From the NCBI GenBank assembly GCA_013239625.1, contig MU053557.1, positions 6,273,842-6,337,841 of the forward strand: 64,000 nucleotides of DNA, written 5' to 3'. Source of the DNA: Lama guanicoe (taxonomy: Eukaryota). The notes beneath the pieces are model-generated. The model saw nothing but the letters and a program-made list of their open reading frames with translations, made no database searches and was not told the DNA's origin. The stretch's first letter is position 1. The number at the start of each line of letters is the position of its first letter. Of the stretch, positions 12,631 through 50,870 are shown piece after piece. The translations under genes and the position numbers were made by a program.

Positions 12631-13264
12631 GGTGGAACCTGCCACAGTGGAATGAAGAGGGCGTGAATGTCTCTGTCTTATGCTGGCACTGGCCAAATTC
12701 TACTGTCTGTCCTTTTTCAAGCCCCTTTCTACAATGATGATGCTCCCCTCTCTGAAAGTCACAGTCACATTTTATGCCATTTACACAATTATTAGGTGTG
12801 GACAAGCAGCCCTAACCTAAGGGAGGATAAGCCGGTGCTTTTTGACACCCCAGGCCATCTACTGGGCTGGCCACTGCATTTTCTTTCTCATCCCTATTGC
12901 TTTCTAAGAGCTTAACTTGTTTGCTAAACCGTCAAGGAATTGGACTAACATGTTTTGTGACCCCAAGTTCAGACTGACCCAGTCACATCTTCCTGAAGTA
13001 CCTTTATGGTTTTCTCATTGCCTTTTATTATGTCACTGACCAGCCTAAAAGCAGAATGACGGTATTAACAGTTTTCATTTTACTTCAACCCCTCTTACAA
13101 TGAAGGGCCTAAAGTAGTTGATCTCAGTCTATTCTTCCATTAACTTATATGATTAATTTAGTGTTCTTTTCTAGACTTGCCCAGTTAACAGTGAGGCACA
13201 GTGTATCCTGGAGAGGCAGGCCATGTGGTGGGAGAGATATTTGAGAGTGCTTTATGTGTTTAAG

Positions 13265-13705
13265 ATGGTCTGCAAACTCAGGTGCCTGCAGGGCTAAGCA
13301 CAAGGCATTAGTGAGTGATGACCAGGAGGAACATGTTGCTTCTGGGCACGTCTTCCATTCTACTTTTGTATAACAGCACTGATCTGAGGCAGCTGCTGCC
13401 CACTCCCACTGGGGTTATAATCAGGGATGTGGGACTGGGGTGAGTTGGAAAGTGCACATCCAGTCAGTAGGGCAGCTGCTGTCTAGCTATGGCCAGTAAG
13501 TACCACATGAGAATGTGGGTCCAACATTGCCAAATATTCTGAATTCTTTTTTCCTGAGAGAAGCCAGAAGTCCAGACTTTTATATGAAATCAATTTTTAA
13601 ATACTGGCAATGAGTTATTTTTTGAAACACTGAGCAGGCAGAAGGGGCCAAACAGACCTGTCAGTGGGGAAGTCTGACTCATGGGTGGCCAATTTGTGAC
13701 CCTGG
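13265..13705. mobile_element. hAT/Charlie-type DNA transposon fossil in the GM2A 3' UTR region
   Basis: gagaagccagaagtccagacttttatatgaaatc..tttttaaatactggc..gggccaaa..ggccaatttgtgaccc pattern; related relics near 38580-38890 and 41540-42110. Confidence 0.5.
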
Positions 13706-14077
13706 ATGTAAGAACAGGTATGCCTTGTCCTTTTTGCCTGGAGACAACTCCTCTGGCACTGTTTCTCCTTCCAATGGGCCAAATCCATCATGTCTGACCC
13801 TAGAAGCCTCCTCCAGTGTTGTGGGGGTAGATGCAGCCTCAGAGATGTGAGCTCAGGGAAAATGAGGCTGCCTCCCTGGCCTTGGAGCACTGCCAGGATG
13901 AGTGGGGTAGATGCTGAAGAGTTGGACCTCTAGCAGCTGCTGTGTGGAGTGGGGATCCAGTGAAGAGAGGTGGACTTATGCCAGCTGCCTGGGTTTGTTC
14001 ACCGTCCTGTCCTACCATGACACTGTTCTCACTCATGATCAACCCTGGGTTGTGGGTTCATTGAAGCCTGGAATGAT

Positions 14078-14083
14078 AATAAA
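14078..14083 (+). terminator. GM2A: Candidate GM2A polyadenylation signal
   Basis: AATAAA ~1.45 kb after the stop, followed by T-rich sequence; first canonical hexamer I found after the stop. Confidence 0.55.
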
Positions 14084-15270
14084 TCTTTTTAACTTTCTGA
14101 GAATTCCTCCTCTGTCATGGCTGTACATTTTCTCATTGAGCACATCTCAGGATTTTCCGAAGCTCCTTTGAGGTGGGCTGTGTCTGTCTGGAAGGTTGTG
14201 GCCGCGGGACAGGGAGCCAAGAAGATTTCAGGAACTAACTTCTGTTTCTGTCTCATGAGCTGCTTGTTACCTCTGCTTCATCCTGTCCCATCACCATCCA
14301 GCTTCCCTGGTTGGCCTTTGAGCCTTCCCTTTGCAGTGTGACCTCTCCAGCCTTTTTTCCCCTCCTGGATCTTTGGGTATCATTCTCACAGTCTTATTTT
14401 AGCTCTTGTCCCAGCATGGACTCTCAGTAGCTCAGTTGTTCTTGACTCAGATGTTCCTCCAAGTCTTGGGATGGGGTGGTTGAGAAATCTCAAATCACAG
14501 GGCAAAGTGGATTTTTAAATAAATGGTGCTGAGCCAACTGGAGAGCCACTTGGAAAATGCTGAAAGTAGATCCATACTTTATACACCATATTCAAGAATA
14601 AACTCCAAATGAATCAGGGTCTAAGAGTAAAAAAAATGAAATCGATCACCACAACACTGGCTACACCCCCAATCAAAGGGATAACAGCCAACACACAGAT
14701 GCTGACAACCACTCATAGTAAAAACAGACCTCATGACAAAGATCGTACACCATGATTAAGTTGGATTGATCCCAGGGATACAGGATGGTTCAACCTACAC
14801 AAATCAATGTGATACACCACGTCAACGAAAGGACAGAAATCACATGATTATCTCAATAGATGCAGAAAAAGCATTTGATAAAATTCAACATCCATTCATG
14901 ATAAAAACTCTTACCAAAATGGGTATAGAGGGAACATATCTCAGCAGAATAAAAGCTCCTTATGACAAACCCACAGCCAGCTTAACACTCTGGTGAAACT
15001 GAAAACCTTCCCACTAAAATCTAGAACAAGACAACAATGCCCACTCTCACCACTTCTATTCAACATAGTTTTGGAAGTCCTAGCCACAGCAATCAGGCAA
15101 GAAAAAGGGATCCAAATTGGAAGAGAAGAGGTAAAATTGCCACTATATGCAGATGACATGATACTATATACAGAAAACCCTAAAGTTTCCACACAAAAAC
15201 TACTAGAGTTGATAAAAGAATTCTGCAAGGTAGCACTATACAAGATTAACATAGAAGTCAGTTCCATTTC

Positions 15271-15357
15271 TTTTTTTTTTTAACATTTTTTATTGATTTA
15301 TAGTCACTTTACAATGTTGTGTCAAATTCCAGTGTTCAGCACAATTTTTCAGTCATT
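15271..15357 (-). mobile_element. Short L1 3'-terminal fragment nested antisense in the L1 at 14738-17420
   Basis: Poly(T) then aacattttttattgatttatagtcactttacaatgttgtgtcaaattccagtgttcagcacaatttttcagtcattc; interrupts ORF2. Confidence 0.85.
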
Positions 15358-16486
15358 CCTTCACACTAATAGTGAAATATCAGAAAAAGAAAGTAAAGAA
15401 ACAATCCCTTTTAAAATCACATCCAAAACAATAAAATACTTAGGAATAAATCTGACCAAGGAGATGAAAGACTTATACATGGAAAACTATAAAATACTGA
15501 TTAAGGAAATGAAAGATGACTTAAAGAAATGGAAATCTATCCCATGATCTTCAATTGGAAGAATCACTACTGTTAAAATGGCCATACTGCCCAAGGCAAT
15601 CTACAGATTTAATGCTATCCCTATCAAATTACCCATGACATTTTTCACAGAACTAGAACAAATAATCTCAAAATTTATATGGAATCACAAAAGACTCCAA
15701 ACTGCCAAAGCAATACTAAAGAAAAAGAATGAAGCTGGAGGAATAACCCTCCCAGACTTCAGACAATATTACAGAGCTACAGTCATCAAAACAGCATGGT
15801 ATTGGTAATGAAAACAGATATATGGATCAATGGAACAGAATAGAGAGCCCAGAAATAAATCCACAGACCTATGGTCAATTAATCTTTGACAAAGGAGGCA
15901 AGAATATACAATGGGGAAAAGACAGTCTCTTCAGCAAGTGGTTTTGGGAAACTGGATAGCAGCATGTAAATCAATGAAGTTAGAATACTCCCTCACTCCA
16001 TACACAAAAGTAAATTCAAAATGGCTTATAGACTTAAACATAAGACAAGATACTGTAAACCTACTAGAAGAAAACATAGGCAAAACATTCTCTGACATAA
16101 ATCTTGGGAATGTTCTCCCAGGGCAGTCTACCCAGGCAATAGAAATAAAAGCAAAAACTAACAAATGGGGCCTAATTAAACTTACAAGCTTTTGCACAGC
16201 AAAGGAAACCATGAACAAAACAAAATGACAACCTACAGAATGGGAGAAAATATTAGTAAATGATGAGACTGACAAGGGCTTAATTTCCAGAATATATAAA
16301 TAGCTCATACAACTTAATAACAAAAAAACAAACAACCCAATCCAAAAATGGGCAAAAGACCTAAACAAGCAATGAAGAGATACAGATGGCCAATAGGTAC
16401 ATGAAAAAATACTCAATATCACTAATCAGATAAATGCAAATCAAAACTACAATGAGGTATTACCTCATACCAATCAGAATAGCCAT

Positions 16487-16591
16487 TTTTTTAACATTTT
16501 TTATTGATTTATAATCATTTTACAATGTTGTGTCAAATTCCAGTGTTCAGCACAATTTTTCAGTCATTCATGGACATATACACACTCATTG
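16487..16591 (-). mobile_element. Second short L1 3'-terminal fragment nested antisense, with TSD
   Basis: Near-identical to 15271-15357; TSD cagaatagccat at 16475-16486 and 16592-16603. Confidence 0.9.
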
Positions 16592-17544
16592 CAGAATAGC
16601 CATCTTTAAAAAGTACACAAATGATAAATGCTGGAGAGGGTATGGAGAAAAGGGAACCCTACAGGGCTGGTGGGAATGTCGTTTGGTGCAGCCATTTTGG
16701 AAAACAGTATGGAGATTCCTCAAAAGACTAAAAATAGACTTATGATCCAGCAATCCTACTCCTGGACATATATCTGGATGGTACTCTTAATTTGAAAAGA
16801 TACCTGCACCCCAAAGTTCATTGCAGCAGTATATACAATAGCCAGAAATGTAAACAACCTAAATGTCCATTGATAGATGACTGGATAAAGAAGATGTGGT
16901 AAATTTATACAATGGAATACTACTTGGTGATAAAAAAGAATAAAATAATGCCATTTGCAGCAACGTGGATGGACATGGAGATTGTCATTCTAAGTGAAGT
17001 AAGCCAGAAAGAGAAAGAAAAATACCATATGATATCATTTATATGTGTAATAAAAAAAAAAAAGAAAAAAGGGGACACTAATGAACTCATCTACAAAACA
17101 GAAACAGACTTACAGACATAGTAAACAATGTTATGGTTACCAGGGGAAGGAGGTGGGAAGGGTAAAATTTGGGAATTTGAAATTTGCAAATGACAACCAC
17201 TGTATGTAAAAATAGATTAAAAACTTCTGTATAGCACAGGAAAATATATTCAATATATTATAATAACCTTTAATGAAAAAATATGGAAATGAATATATGC
17301 ATATATATGTATGACTGGGAAATTATGTTGTACATCAGAAATTGACACATTGTAACTGACTGTAGTTCAATTTTTAAAAATGCAACAACATGAGTAAGCC
17401 AAAAAAAGCAACACAAAACAAAACAAAAAACCACTCCATAACATTTCACTCACTCATAATTCAACCCACTTGGAGAAAATTCCAGCATTTCATGTTGTGC
17501 ATATCTTTCAAAATTCTTTGACTATATTCATATGGCTGCTTTTT

Positions 17545-17706
17545 AAAAAATATATTTTATTTATTTTGTTTGTGTGTTTTTTTTGAGGGGGGAGGTATTA
17601 GGTTTATTTATTTATTTAGTTAATTAATGGAGGTACTGGGGATTGAACCCAGGACCTCGTGCATGCTAGGCATGTGCTCTAACCACTGAGCTATACCCTT
17701 CCCCCA
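17545..17706 (-). mobile_element. tRNA-derived SINE (camelid Vic-1 type)
   Basis: Reverse strand GGGAAGGGTATAGCTCAGTGGTTAGAGC...GGGTTCAATCCCCAGTACCTCC (A/B boxes), (TAAA)n, A-rich tail; flanking ctgcttttt repeats. Confidence 0.88.
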
Positions 17707-17749
17707 CTGCTTTTTTTTTGAAGCATCAAGGTGGCATCATGCTTCACAT

Positions 17750-20190
17750 CCTATTTTTAAGAGCTCTATTGAATTATAATTGATACATAATAAACTCCAC
17801 ATATTTAAAGTGCACAATTTAATAAATTTTGACACACCTGGGAAATAATCCTCACAATCAAACTAGTGAATATATTATTCACTGTTTCCAAAAGTTTCCT
17901 CTTGCCCCTCTGTAATACCTCCTTCTCACCTTCAAGCAACCATATTTGCTTACTGTCCCTACAGGTTAGGATGCATTTTCTAAACTTTTATATGAATAAA
18001 ATGATACAATTTGTACTTGCTTTTTTTAAAATCTGGATTTTGTCACTCAATGTAATTAAGATTCATCCATGTTATTGTGTGCATCAACAGTTTGTTCCTA
18101 TTTATTGCTGAGTAGTATTCCACTGCTTGGATATACCACAGTCTGTTTATCCATTCACTTTTTGGGAGACATTTGGGTTGTTTCCTACTTTTTGCTATTA
18201 CAAATAAAGTTACCAGAAATGTGTGTAGAAGTCTTTTTATAGACATAAAATTTCTTTTATTTTAGGTAAATATCCTGAGATGGAATTGTTGGATCATATG
18301 GTAAGTGCATATTGAATTTTTTAAGAAACTACCAAACTATCAAAGTGGTTGCACCATTTCCACCCACAACAGCAGCACATGGGATTTCCAGTTTCTCCAC
18401 ATCCTTGCCAACACCAGTATCATCAGTGTTTAAAATTTAAGTCATTCTAATAGGTGTACAGTAGAATTTCATCGTGAGTTTATAATTTTGATTTCTCTCA
18501 TTACTAATGATGTTGGATATCTTTTCATATGCTTATTTACCATTCATATACCTTCTTTGGTGAAGAGTCTGTTCAAATCTTTTGCCCATTAAAAAAAATT
18601 GTTTTCTAATTGTTGGGCTTTGAGAGTTCTTTACGTATTCTGGATATGAGTCTTTCATTAGACATAAACTTAGCAAAGATTCTCTCTCAGACTGTGGCTT
18701 TTCCTCTCATCTTCTTAACAGTGCCCTTTGAAGAATAAAGGCTTTAATTTTGATGGAGTCCACGTTAGCAATTTGTTCTTTTATGGGTTGTGCTTTTGTT
18801 GTTGTATCTAAGAAATCTTTGCCTAGCTCAAAGGGCACAGCATTCTTCTCTCCCAGGTTTTCTTCTAAAAGTTCTATAGTTTTAGATTTTACATTTAGGT
18901 CTAAGATACATTTTAAGTTGATTTTTTTTGTATATGATGTAAAGTATGGCTCCAAGTTCTCTGTTTTTTGAGGGGGAGAGGGGCGTATGTATATCCAATT
19001 TTTGCAACACAACTTCTTTGAAAAGGTGATCGCTTCTCCACTACCTTGCCTTTGCCTCTGAACCTTTATCAAAAATCAGTTGCCCATGTATGTGTAGAAT
19101 TGTTTCTGGACTCTCTATTCTGGTCCATTGAAGTATTTGTCTGTTTTGGCAACACCGTGCAGTTTTGATTATGGTAGCTTTGTTATAATTCTTGAAATCA
19201 GATAGTGATGGCCCTTCAACTTTTTTCTTTTTTTTCCAAAGATATTTTGACAATTCTAGGTCCTCTGCATTTTCATATGAATATTAGAATCAGATGGTCA
19301 ATTTATACTGAAGAAAAAAAAACTTCTAAATTTGATGAGAATTGACATCTTAATCATGTGTCTTTTGAACCATGAACAAGGTGTATCTCTCCATACATTT
19401 AGTTCTTTATTTCTTTCAGCAATGTATTATAGTCTTCAGTTTACATATGTTTCATGTCTTTCATTAGATTTATCCCCAGTTATTGCAGATTTCTGATGTT
19501 ATTGTAAGCTCAATTTCTGAATGTTCTCGGCTAGTACAGAGAAACACAGTTGGATTTTGTATATGACCTTGTATTCTGAAACTTTGTCAACTCAATTAGT
19601 AGTAGCTTTTTTGTAGATTCCACTGGATCTTCTACACTGATGATCATATCATTTCATATAAAGACAATTTTACTTCTTCCTTTCCATTCTGGATACCTTT
19701 TCTTTCTTTTTCTTGCCTGATTTTACTGCCTGAACATCTGGTACAATATTGAATAGACGTGGTGAGAGTGGACATCTGTATTTTGTTCCTGATCTCACAG
19801 GGAAAGCATTCAGTCTTTCCTCATTAACTATGATGTTAGCTATAGATTTTTCATAGATGTACATTACCAGTTGTGAACGTTCCCTACTGTTCCTAATTGC
19901 TGAGAGTTTTATATTAGACAGATTTTGCCAAATGTTTTTATATGTATATTGAGATGATCATATATTTTTCTATTTTTCAGTTTGTTAATGTGGTGAATTA
20001 CACTGATTTTCAAATATTAAACCTGTATTCCTGGGATAAAGCCCACTTGGTCATGTATATTATCCTTTTAATATATTGTTGAATTTGGTGTGCTAAAATT
20101 TTGTTCAGAATTTTTACATCTATGATCATGAAGGATTTTGGTCTGTAGCTTTACTTTCTTGTAATGTCTTTGTCTAGTTGTGCTTCAGGT
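17750..20190 (-). mobile_element. Older L1 (L1M-type) fragment, ORF2 plus 3' UTR
   Basis: Degenerate ORF2 peptides on the minus strand (ANIIVNEERLNAFPVRSGT, KATIIKTA, WTRIESPE) and an L1MB-like 3' end. Confidence 0.9.
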
Positions 20191-21470
20191 AGTATTTTAA
20201 ACCGGCTTTTTTTCACTGATAAATCACAAATACATTTGCATGTCAATAGGTGAATTTTTGCAGTGTTTGAGGGCGTCATAGCATTCTATTATGAATGAAT
20301 CATAATTTAACCTAATGTTGGATATCTGTTTCCAACTTTACTATCATAAATAAGATTCTTAGGATAAGCTCCCAGAAGTGAAATTAGTGGGTCAGAGGGC
20401 TACACGTTTTAAGACTTACTGTAAAACTGTCCTTCAGAAAAGCCATAAAAAATGCATACTGCCATCTGCAGAGTAGAGGTGTGCCTGTTTTTCCAAACCC
20501 TTAATAAAACTAAGTATTATTTTCTAAAGTAGGTCAGTAATCCTTGCACATGATGAAATCTTTTTCCTCACACAAACTGCTTAACCCCTTTAGCCTAAAT
20601 CAGCTTTAAGTGGCCTTTAGATGTCTGAGAAGCCGAGGGAGGGTGGAGGGGAGAGAGAGGCAGCAAGAAAGCAGAGGGGGTAGGGGGTGGGGAGTGGGGA
20701 GAGAGAGAGAGGAGGACATTATGTAGGCAGGGAAATCACCATAATGAAAGGGTGCTAAGAAAAATATTTTTACCCCTTAACCTAGTCCTGGTATGCCCAT
20801 ATCTCCAGGGCACAGGGCAACTTGATGGAAAACCCTTCGATTTTCACACACGTGGTTAAAGGATAAATTTCTTTGTTTCTTGTTTTTTGTTTTTTGGTTT
20901 TTTTTTTTGGCTTTCAGAATATCAGAGTTGGAAGAGACTTTGACAACCAATTAGTCCAATCTTTCATTTCACAGTATGGGAAAGTGAGACGGAGAAGCGG
21001 AGAAACTTGCCCAAGATCCCAAAGAAAATCAATGGCGGAGCAAATGGCTGGACAAAATCACCAAATTCTATTTTTGTTCTGTGACTCCTCCACTTAGAAC
21101 AATATCTAAATAGAAACCCCTCTTCCCGCAACATACACGTTTCTAAATCTGATGCTTTAAGGGCAATTACTTCAGAAGAGAGAAAATGATTGCTCCTGTG
21201 TTATATCTATGCTTGATTTCTGTTTCCAGAGATATCACAGCAAATGGATCCCTTTTCCCATTAAATAAGGCTATTAATGTCAATGGTTGAATTTGGTTTT
21301 GGGTCAAAGGTGCAAAAGACCTCCAAAGAAATCCAAAACCAAAAAAAGGCACAGCCTGAGAGGTATCAGTACTGACTTGTGGCATCTACAGTTGTCTTGG
21401 AAAGATAAAGAAGCCAATTAATATAGAGAGGTTGGGGTTTGATGAACGTATATAATATCCACAATAGAAA

Positions 21471-45795
<24,325 letters not shown>

Positions 45796-46194
45796 TCACA
45801 AGGGTGCCTGGCCCTGGTGCTGGTGAGAGGGGGAAGCTGATGTTGATTATATGCCTCACCTGGGTGTCGGGGGACTTATGAGAGACTCATGTCAGGAAGA
45901 TCCTCAGTGCGCCCTGTGATTGCCTGGCTGCTGCCAGGACTCGCCCGGGCTTTCAGCCCCTCCAAGTTCGGCCTGTATTGCTTTAGGGCAAAGTGAACCA
46001 CAGGACTAGGAGAAAGAAGGCATCACTGGACTGGAGGTCACGGTGCCTGGATGTGGGGCCAGGCTCAGCTCTTGTCTATCTTGGCAAGGAGGAACCAGAG
46101 CTACCTCACAATGGAGGCTGCCTGTCCAATAAGGTGCTGCTGAATCGCAGGCTGCAGGTGCGGCCCAACAGATGGTAATGGGAGTGGGGTGGCT

Positions 46195-49100
46195 TTTTAA
46201 AAAATTGCTGCACAGTTGATTTACAATATTGTATTAGTTTCTGGTGTACAACATAGTGATTCAAAATTTTTATAGTTATACTCATTTAAAGTTATTATAA
46301 AATATTGGCTATATTCCCTGTACTATTCATTGTATACTTTTTGCTTATTTATTTTATACATAGTAGTTTGTACCTCTTAATCTCCACCCCATCTTTCCTC
46401 TCCCCCTTCCCTCTCCCCACTGGAAACCACTGGTTTGTTCTCTATATCTATGAGTCTGTTTCCTCAAAGAGTTTGTTATATTCATTTGTTTGTTTTATTT
46501 TTTAGATTCCATGTAAAAGTGATAGCATATAGTATTTTTCTTTCTCTGTCTTATTGCACTAAGTGTAATGCCCTCCAGGTTCAACCATGCTGTTGCAAAT
46601 GACAAATTTTCATTCTTTTTTTATGGCTGAGTAGTACTCCATTGTACGTACTCCATATCTTCTTTATCCATTCATCTGTTGATGAACCATTAGGTTGCTT
46701 CCATATCTTGGCAATTGTTACTAATGCTGCTATGAACATTGGGGTGCATGTATCTTTTCAAATTAGTGTTTCTGTTTTTAAAGTTATGTACCCAGGAGTG
46801 GAATTACTGGGTCATATGGTAGTTGTTCTTAGTTTTTTGAGGAACCTCCATACTGTTTTCCATAGTGGCTGCACCAATTTACATTCCCACCAACAGTACA
46901 TAAGGCTTCCCTTTTCTCTACTTTCTCACCAACACTTTTATTTATCTTTTTGATGACAGTCATTCTGACAAGTGTGAGGTGATATCTTGTGGTTTTGATC
47001 TGAATTTTCTTAATTAGTGATGTTGAGCACCTTTCCATGCTCTTGTTGGTCATCTTTATTTCTTCTTTGGAAAAATGTCTATTCAGCTCCTCTGCCCCCT
47101 TTTTAAATGGATTTTTTGTTGTTGTTGACTTGTATGAATTCTTGATACACTTTAGATATTAACCCCTTACTGGATATTATTGATGTTTTCCTTTGTTGTG
47201 CAGAAACTTAAGTTTGCTGTAGTCCCGTTTATTTATTTTTGCTTTTGTTTCCCTTGTCTGAGGAGACATATCTAGAAAGGTCTTGCTAAGACTGACGTCA
47301 AAGAGTGTACTGCCTATGTTTTCTTCTAGGAGTTTTATGGTTTCAGGTCTTATATTCAAGTCTTTAATCCACTTTGGTTTGATTTTTGTGTATGGTGTAA
47401 GATAGCGGTTGTTTCATTTCTTTGTATGTGGCTGTCCAGTTTTTCCAACACTATTTATTGAAAAGACTGTCCTTTCTCCACTGTATGTTGTTTGCTCCTC
47501 TGTTGTAAATTAATTGCCCATGTATGTGTGAGTTTATTTCTGGGCTGTCAATTCTGTTCCATTGAGCTATGTATCTGTTTTACTGTTTATACCACTTTTG
47601 ATCACTGTGGCTTTGTCATATGGTTTGAAATCAGGGAGTGTGATACCTCCAGCTTTGTTCTTTTTTCTCGGGATTGTTTTGGCTATTTAGGGTCTTTCGT
47701 GGTTCCTCATAAATTTTAGAATTTTTTCCTATTTCTGTGAAAAATGTTGAAATTTTGATAGGATTACATTGAATCCACAGATTGCTTTAGGTAATATGGA
47801 CATTTTATCAATGTTACTTCTTCCATTCCATGAGCATGGAGTATTTTTCCATTTATTTGTGTCTTCAATTTTTTAAATAATAAATTACAGTTTTCAGTGT
47901 ACAAGTCTTTTGCCTCCTTGGTTAAATTTATTCCTAGGCATTTTACTCTGTTTGTTGGGATTGTAAATGGGATTGTTTTCCTAATTTCTATTTCAGCTAG
48001 CTCTTTGTCAGTATATCGAAATGCAACAGATTTTTGTATATTGATTTTATCTCCTGCAACTTTATTGTATTTGTTTACTATTTCACATAGTATTTTTGGT
48101 GGAGTCTTTAGGGTTTTATACACACATATATAATCATGTCATCTGCAAATAGTGACAGTTTTACTTCTTCCTTTCCAGTTTGGGTATCTTTTATTTATTT
48201 ATTCATTCATTCATTCATTCATTCATTCATTCTTGCCCAGTTACTCTGCTAGGACATCCAATACAATGTTGAATAAGAGTGGTGAGAGTCCTGATCTTAG
48301 AGGGACAGATTTCAGTTTTTCACCATTGAGTATAATGTTAGCTGTGGGTTTGTCATATATAACTTTTATCACGTTTAGGTACATTCCTCCTCCACCCACT
48401 CTATTGAGAATTTTTATCATAAATGGGCACTGAGTCTTGTCAAATGCTTTTTCTGCATCTATTGAAATGATCATATGGTTTTTATCCTTCATTTTGTTAA
48501 TGTGGTGTATCACACTGATTGATTTGTAGATGTTGAATCATCCTTGCATCTCTGGAATAAATCCAACTTGAATATTGATATATTGTTGAATTCAGTTTGC
48601 TAATAGTTTGCTGAGAATCTTTGTGTCTATCACTAGATATATAACCTGTAATTGTCTTTTCTGTGTGTTGTCTTTGGTTTAGTATCAAGGTAGTGTTAGC
48701 CTCATAAAATGAGTTATGAAGCATTCCCTTCTCTTTTTGGGAGAGTTTGAGACAGACAGGTATTAAATTCTTCGAATGTTTGGTAGAATTCACCTGTGAA
48801 GCTGTCTGGTCCTGAACTTTTGCTTTTGGGGAGCTTTTTAGTTACTCTTTCAATGTCTGTGTTAGTGATCAGTCTATTCAGATTTTTTATTTATTCATGA
48901 TTCATTCTTGGAAGGTTGTACGATTATAAGAATTTGTCCATTTCTTCTAAGTTGTCCAACTTGTTGGTGTATAGCTGTTCAGAATATTCTCTTATACACC
49001 TTTATATTTCTGTGGTTTTCAATGTTATTTCTCCATTTTCATTTCTGATTTTAACAGGCCCTTCTCTTTTTTAATTAGTAAATCTACCTAATGGTTTGTC

Positions 49101-50870
49101 AATTTTGTTCACCTCTTCAAAGAACCAGTTGTTAGTTTCATTGTCTTTTCCATTGTCTTTTTAGTCTCTATTTCTTTTATTCCTGTTCTGATTTTTATTA
49201 TTTCCTTTTTTCTACTAACTTTGGGTTTTATTTGTTCTACTTTTTCTACTTCTTTTAGGTATAAAGTTAGATGGTTTATTTGAGATTTTTACTGTGTCTT
49301 GAGGTAGACCTATATTGCTATATACTTCCCCCTCAGTACTGCCTTTGATGTAACCCATAGATTTTGGTGTGTCATATTTTCATTTTCACTTATCTTCAGG
49401 TAATTTTTGATTTCTCCTTTAATTTCTTTATTGAACCAATAGTTGTTCAGTAGCATGTTGTTCAGTCTCCCCATATTTGTAATTTTTTTCAATTTTCTTC
49501 TTGTAGTTGATCTCTAGTTTCATTCTATTAGGATTGGAAAAAATGCTTGATATGATTTCAAGCTTCTTATATTTATTGAAACTTGTTTTGTGTCCCAACA
49601 CATGGTCTATCCTTAAGAAAGTTCTGCATGCACTTGAGAAGAATGTACATTCTGCTGCATTTGGATAGAATGTTCTATAGAAATCTGGTCTAATTTTTCA
49701 TTTAAGGCTACTGTTTCCTTATTGACTTTATCTGGAAGACCTATCCACTGACATAAATACGGTATTTAAGTCCCCGGCTTTTATAGTGTTGCTGTCAATT
49801 TCTACCTTTAGGTCTGTTACTAATCGTTATACATATTTTAGATGTTCTTGTGATTGGGGTATATTTACTAATCTCTGTTATGTCTTCTTAATGAATTGTC
49901 CCCTTTATTATTATATACTGTCCATTTTGTCTCTTGTTACCTTTTTCGGCTTGAAGTCTATTTCATCTTATGTTAGTATGGCTATCCACTTTCTTTTGGC
50001 TGGCATTTGCTAAGAGTATCAGCTTCTGTTAAGCCTATGTTTGTCTTTAGAGCTGAAGTGAGTCTCTTGGAGGCAGCACACAGCTGGGTCTTGTTTTTTT
50101 ATAATATCCAGCCACTGTGTGTCTCTTGATTGTGAATTCAATCCACTTATTTAGGGTGATTATTGATAGATGAGGACTTAGTACTGCCATTTTGTCTTTG
50201 TTTTCTGGTTGATCTATATCTCCATTGTTTCTTTTTTCCTTGTGCTTCTGCCTGCTGTTTGGTTGGTGGTTTTCTATAATGCCTTTCTTAGTTCCTTCTT
50301 TTTTACATTTTGTGTCTCTGCTATATGTTTATGTTTTGTGCTTACCCTGAGGTTTGTATAAAATGTTTCTTAGATAAAAATCCTATTTCAGCTGATAGCA
50401 TCTTATTTTCATTTACCAATACAGATTCCATCCTTCTCCTCTTCCTCTTTTATATTTTGTTGTCTCAAGTTATCTTTTTTTATGTTGTGGGTTTGTTACC
50501 AAATTGAAATGTAGCTATAGTTATTTTTCTGCTTGCTTTCTATCTCCCTTAAGCTTCATGCTATAATAAGGTGTTTAAAAACCTATTCTGATAATAAGAG
50601 CTGCAATTTTCTGATTGTCTATCACCTTGCTCAAAGTCTTGTGTATTTTTACCTTTTTATTTCTGATAGAAGAGCTAATTTCAACATATCTTGTAAGGCA
50701 AGTCTAGTGTTGATAAACTGCCTCAGCTTCTGTTTTTCTAGGAAAGTATTTCTCCTTCATATCTGAATGATAACTTTGCTGGATAGAATTTTCTTGGGTG
50801 ACAGTTTTTATCTTTCAGTATTTTGAGAAGGTCATTCTACTCTCTCCTGGCCTGTAGGGTTCTGCTGAGA
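46195..50870 (-). mobile_element. Long degenerate L1 (end of ORF1, inter-ORF, ORF2, 3' UTR)
   Basis: Minus-strand ORF2 peptides ([53 protein letters not shown]) with many stops and frameshifts; 3' end ~520 bp upstream of the SLC36A3 ATG. Confidence 0.92.

Larger units (their letters stand above)
14738..17420 (+). mobile_element. 5'-truncated L1 of a younger lineage-specific subfamily; ORF2 RT/C-terminal part plus 3' UTR, disrupted
   Basis: ORF2 peptides [49 protein letters not shown] in several frames with stops; A-rich tail near 17370-17430. Confidence 0.95.
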
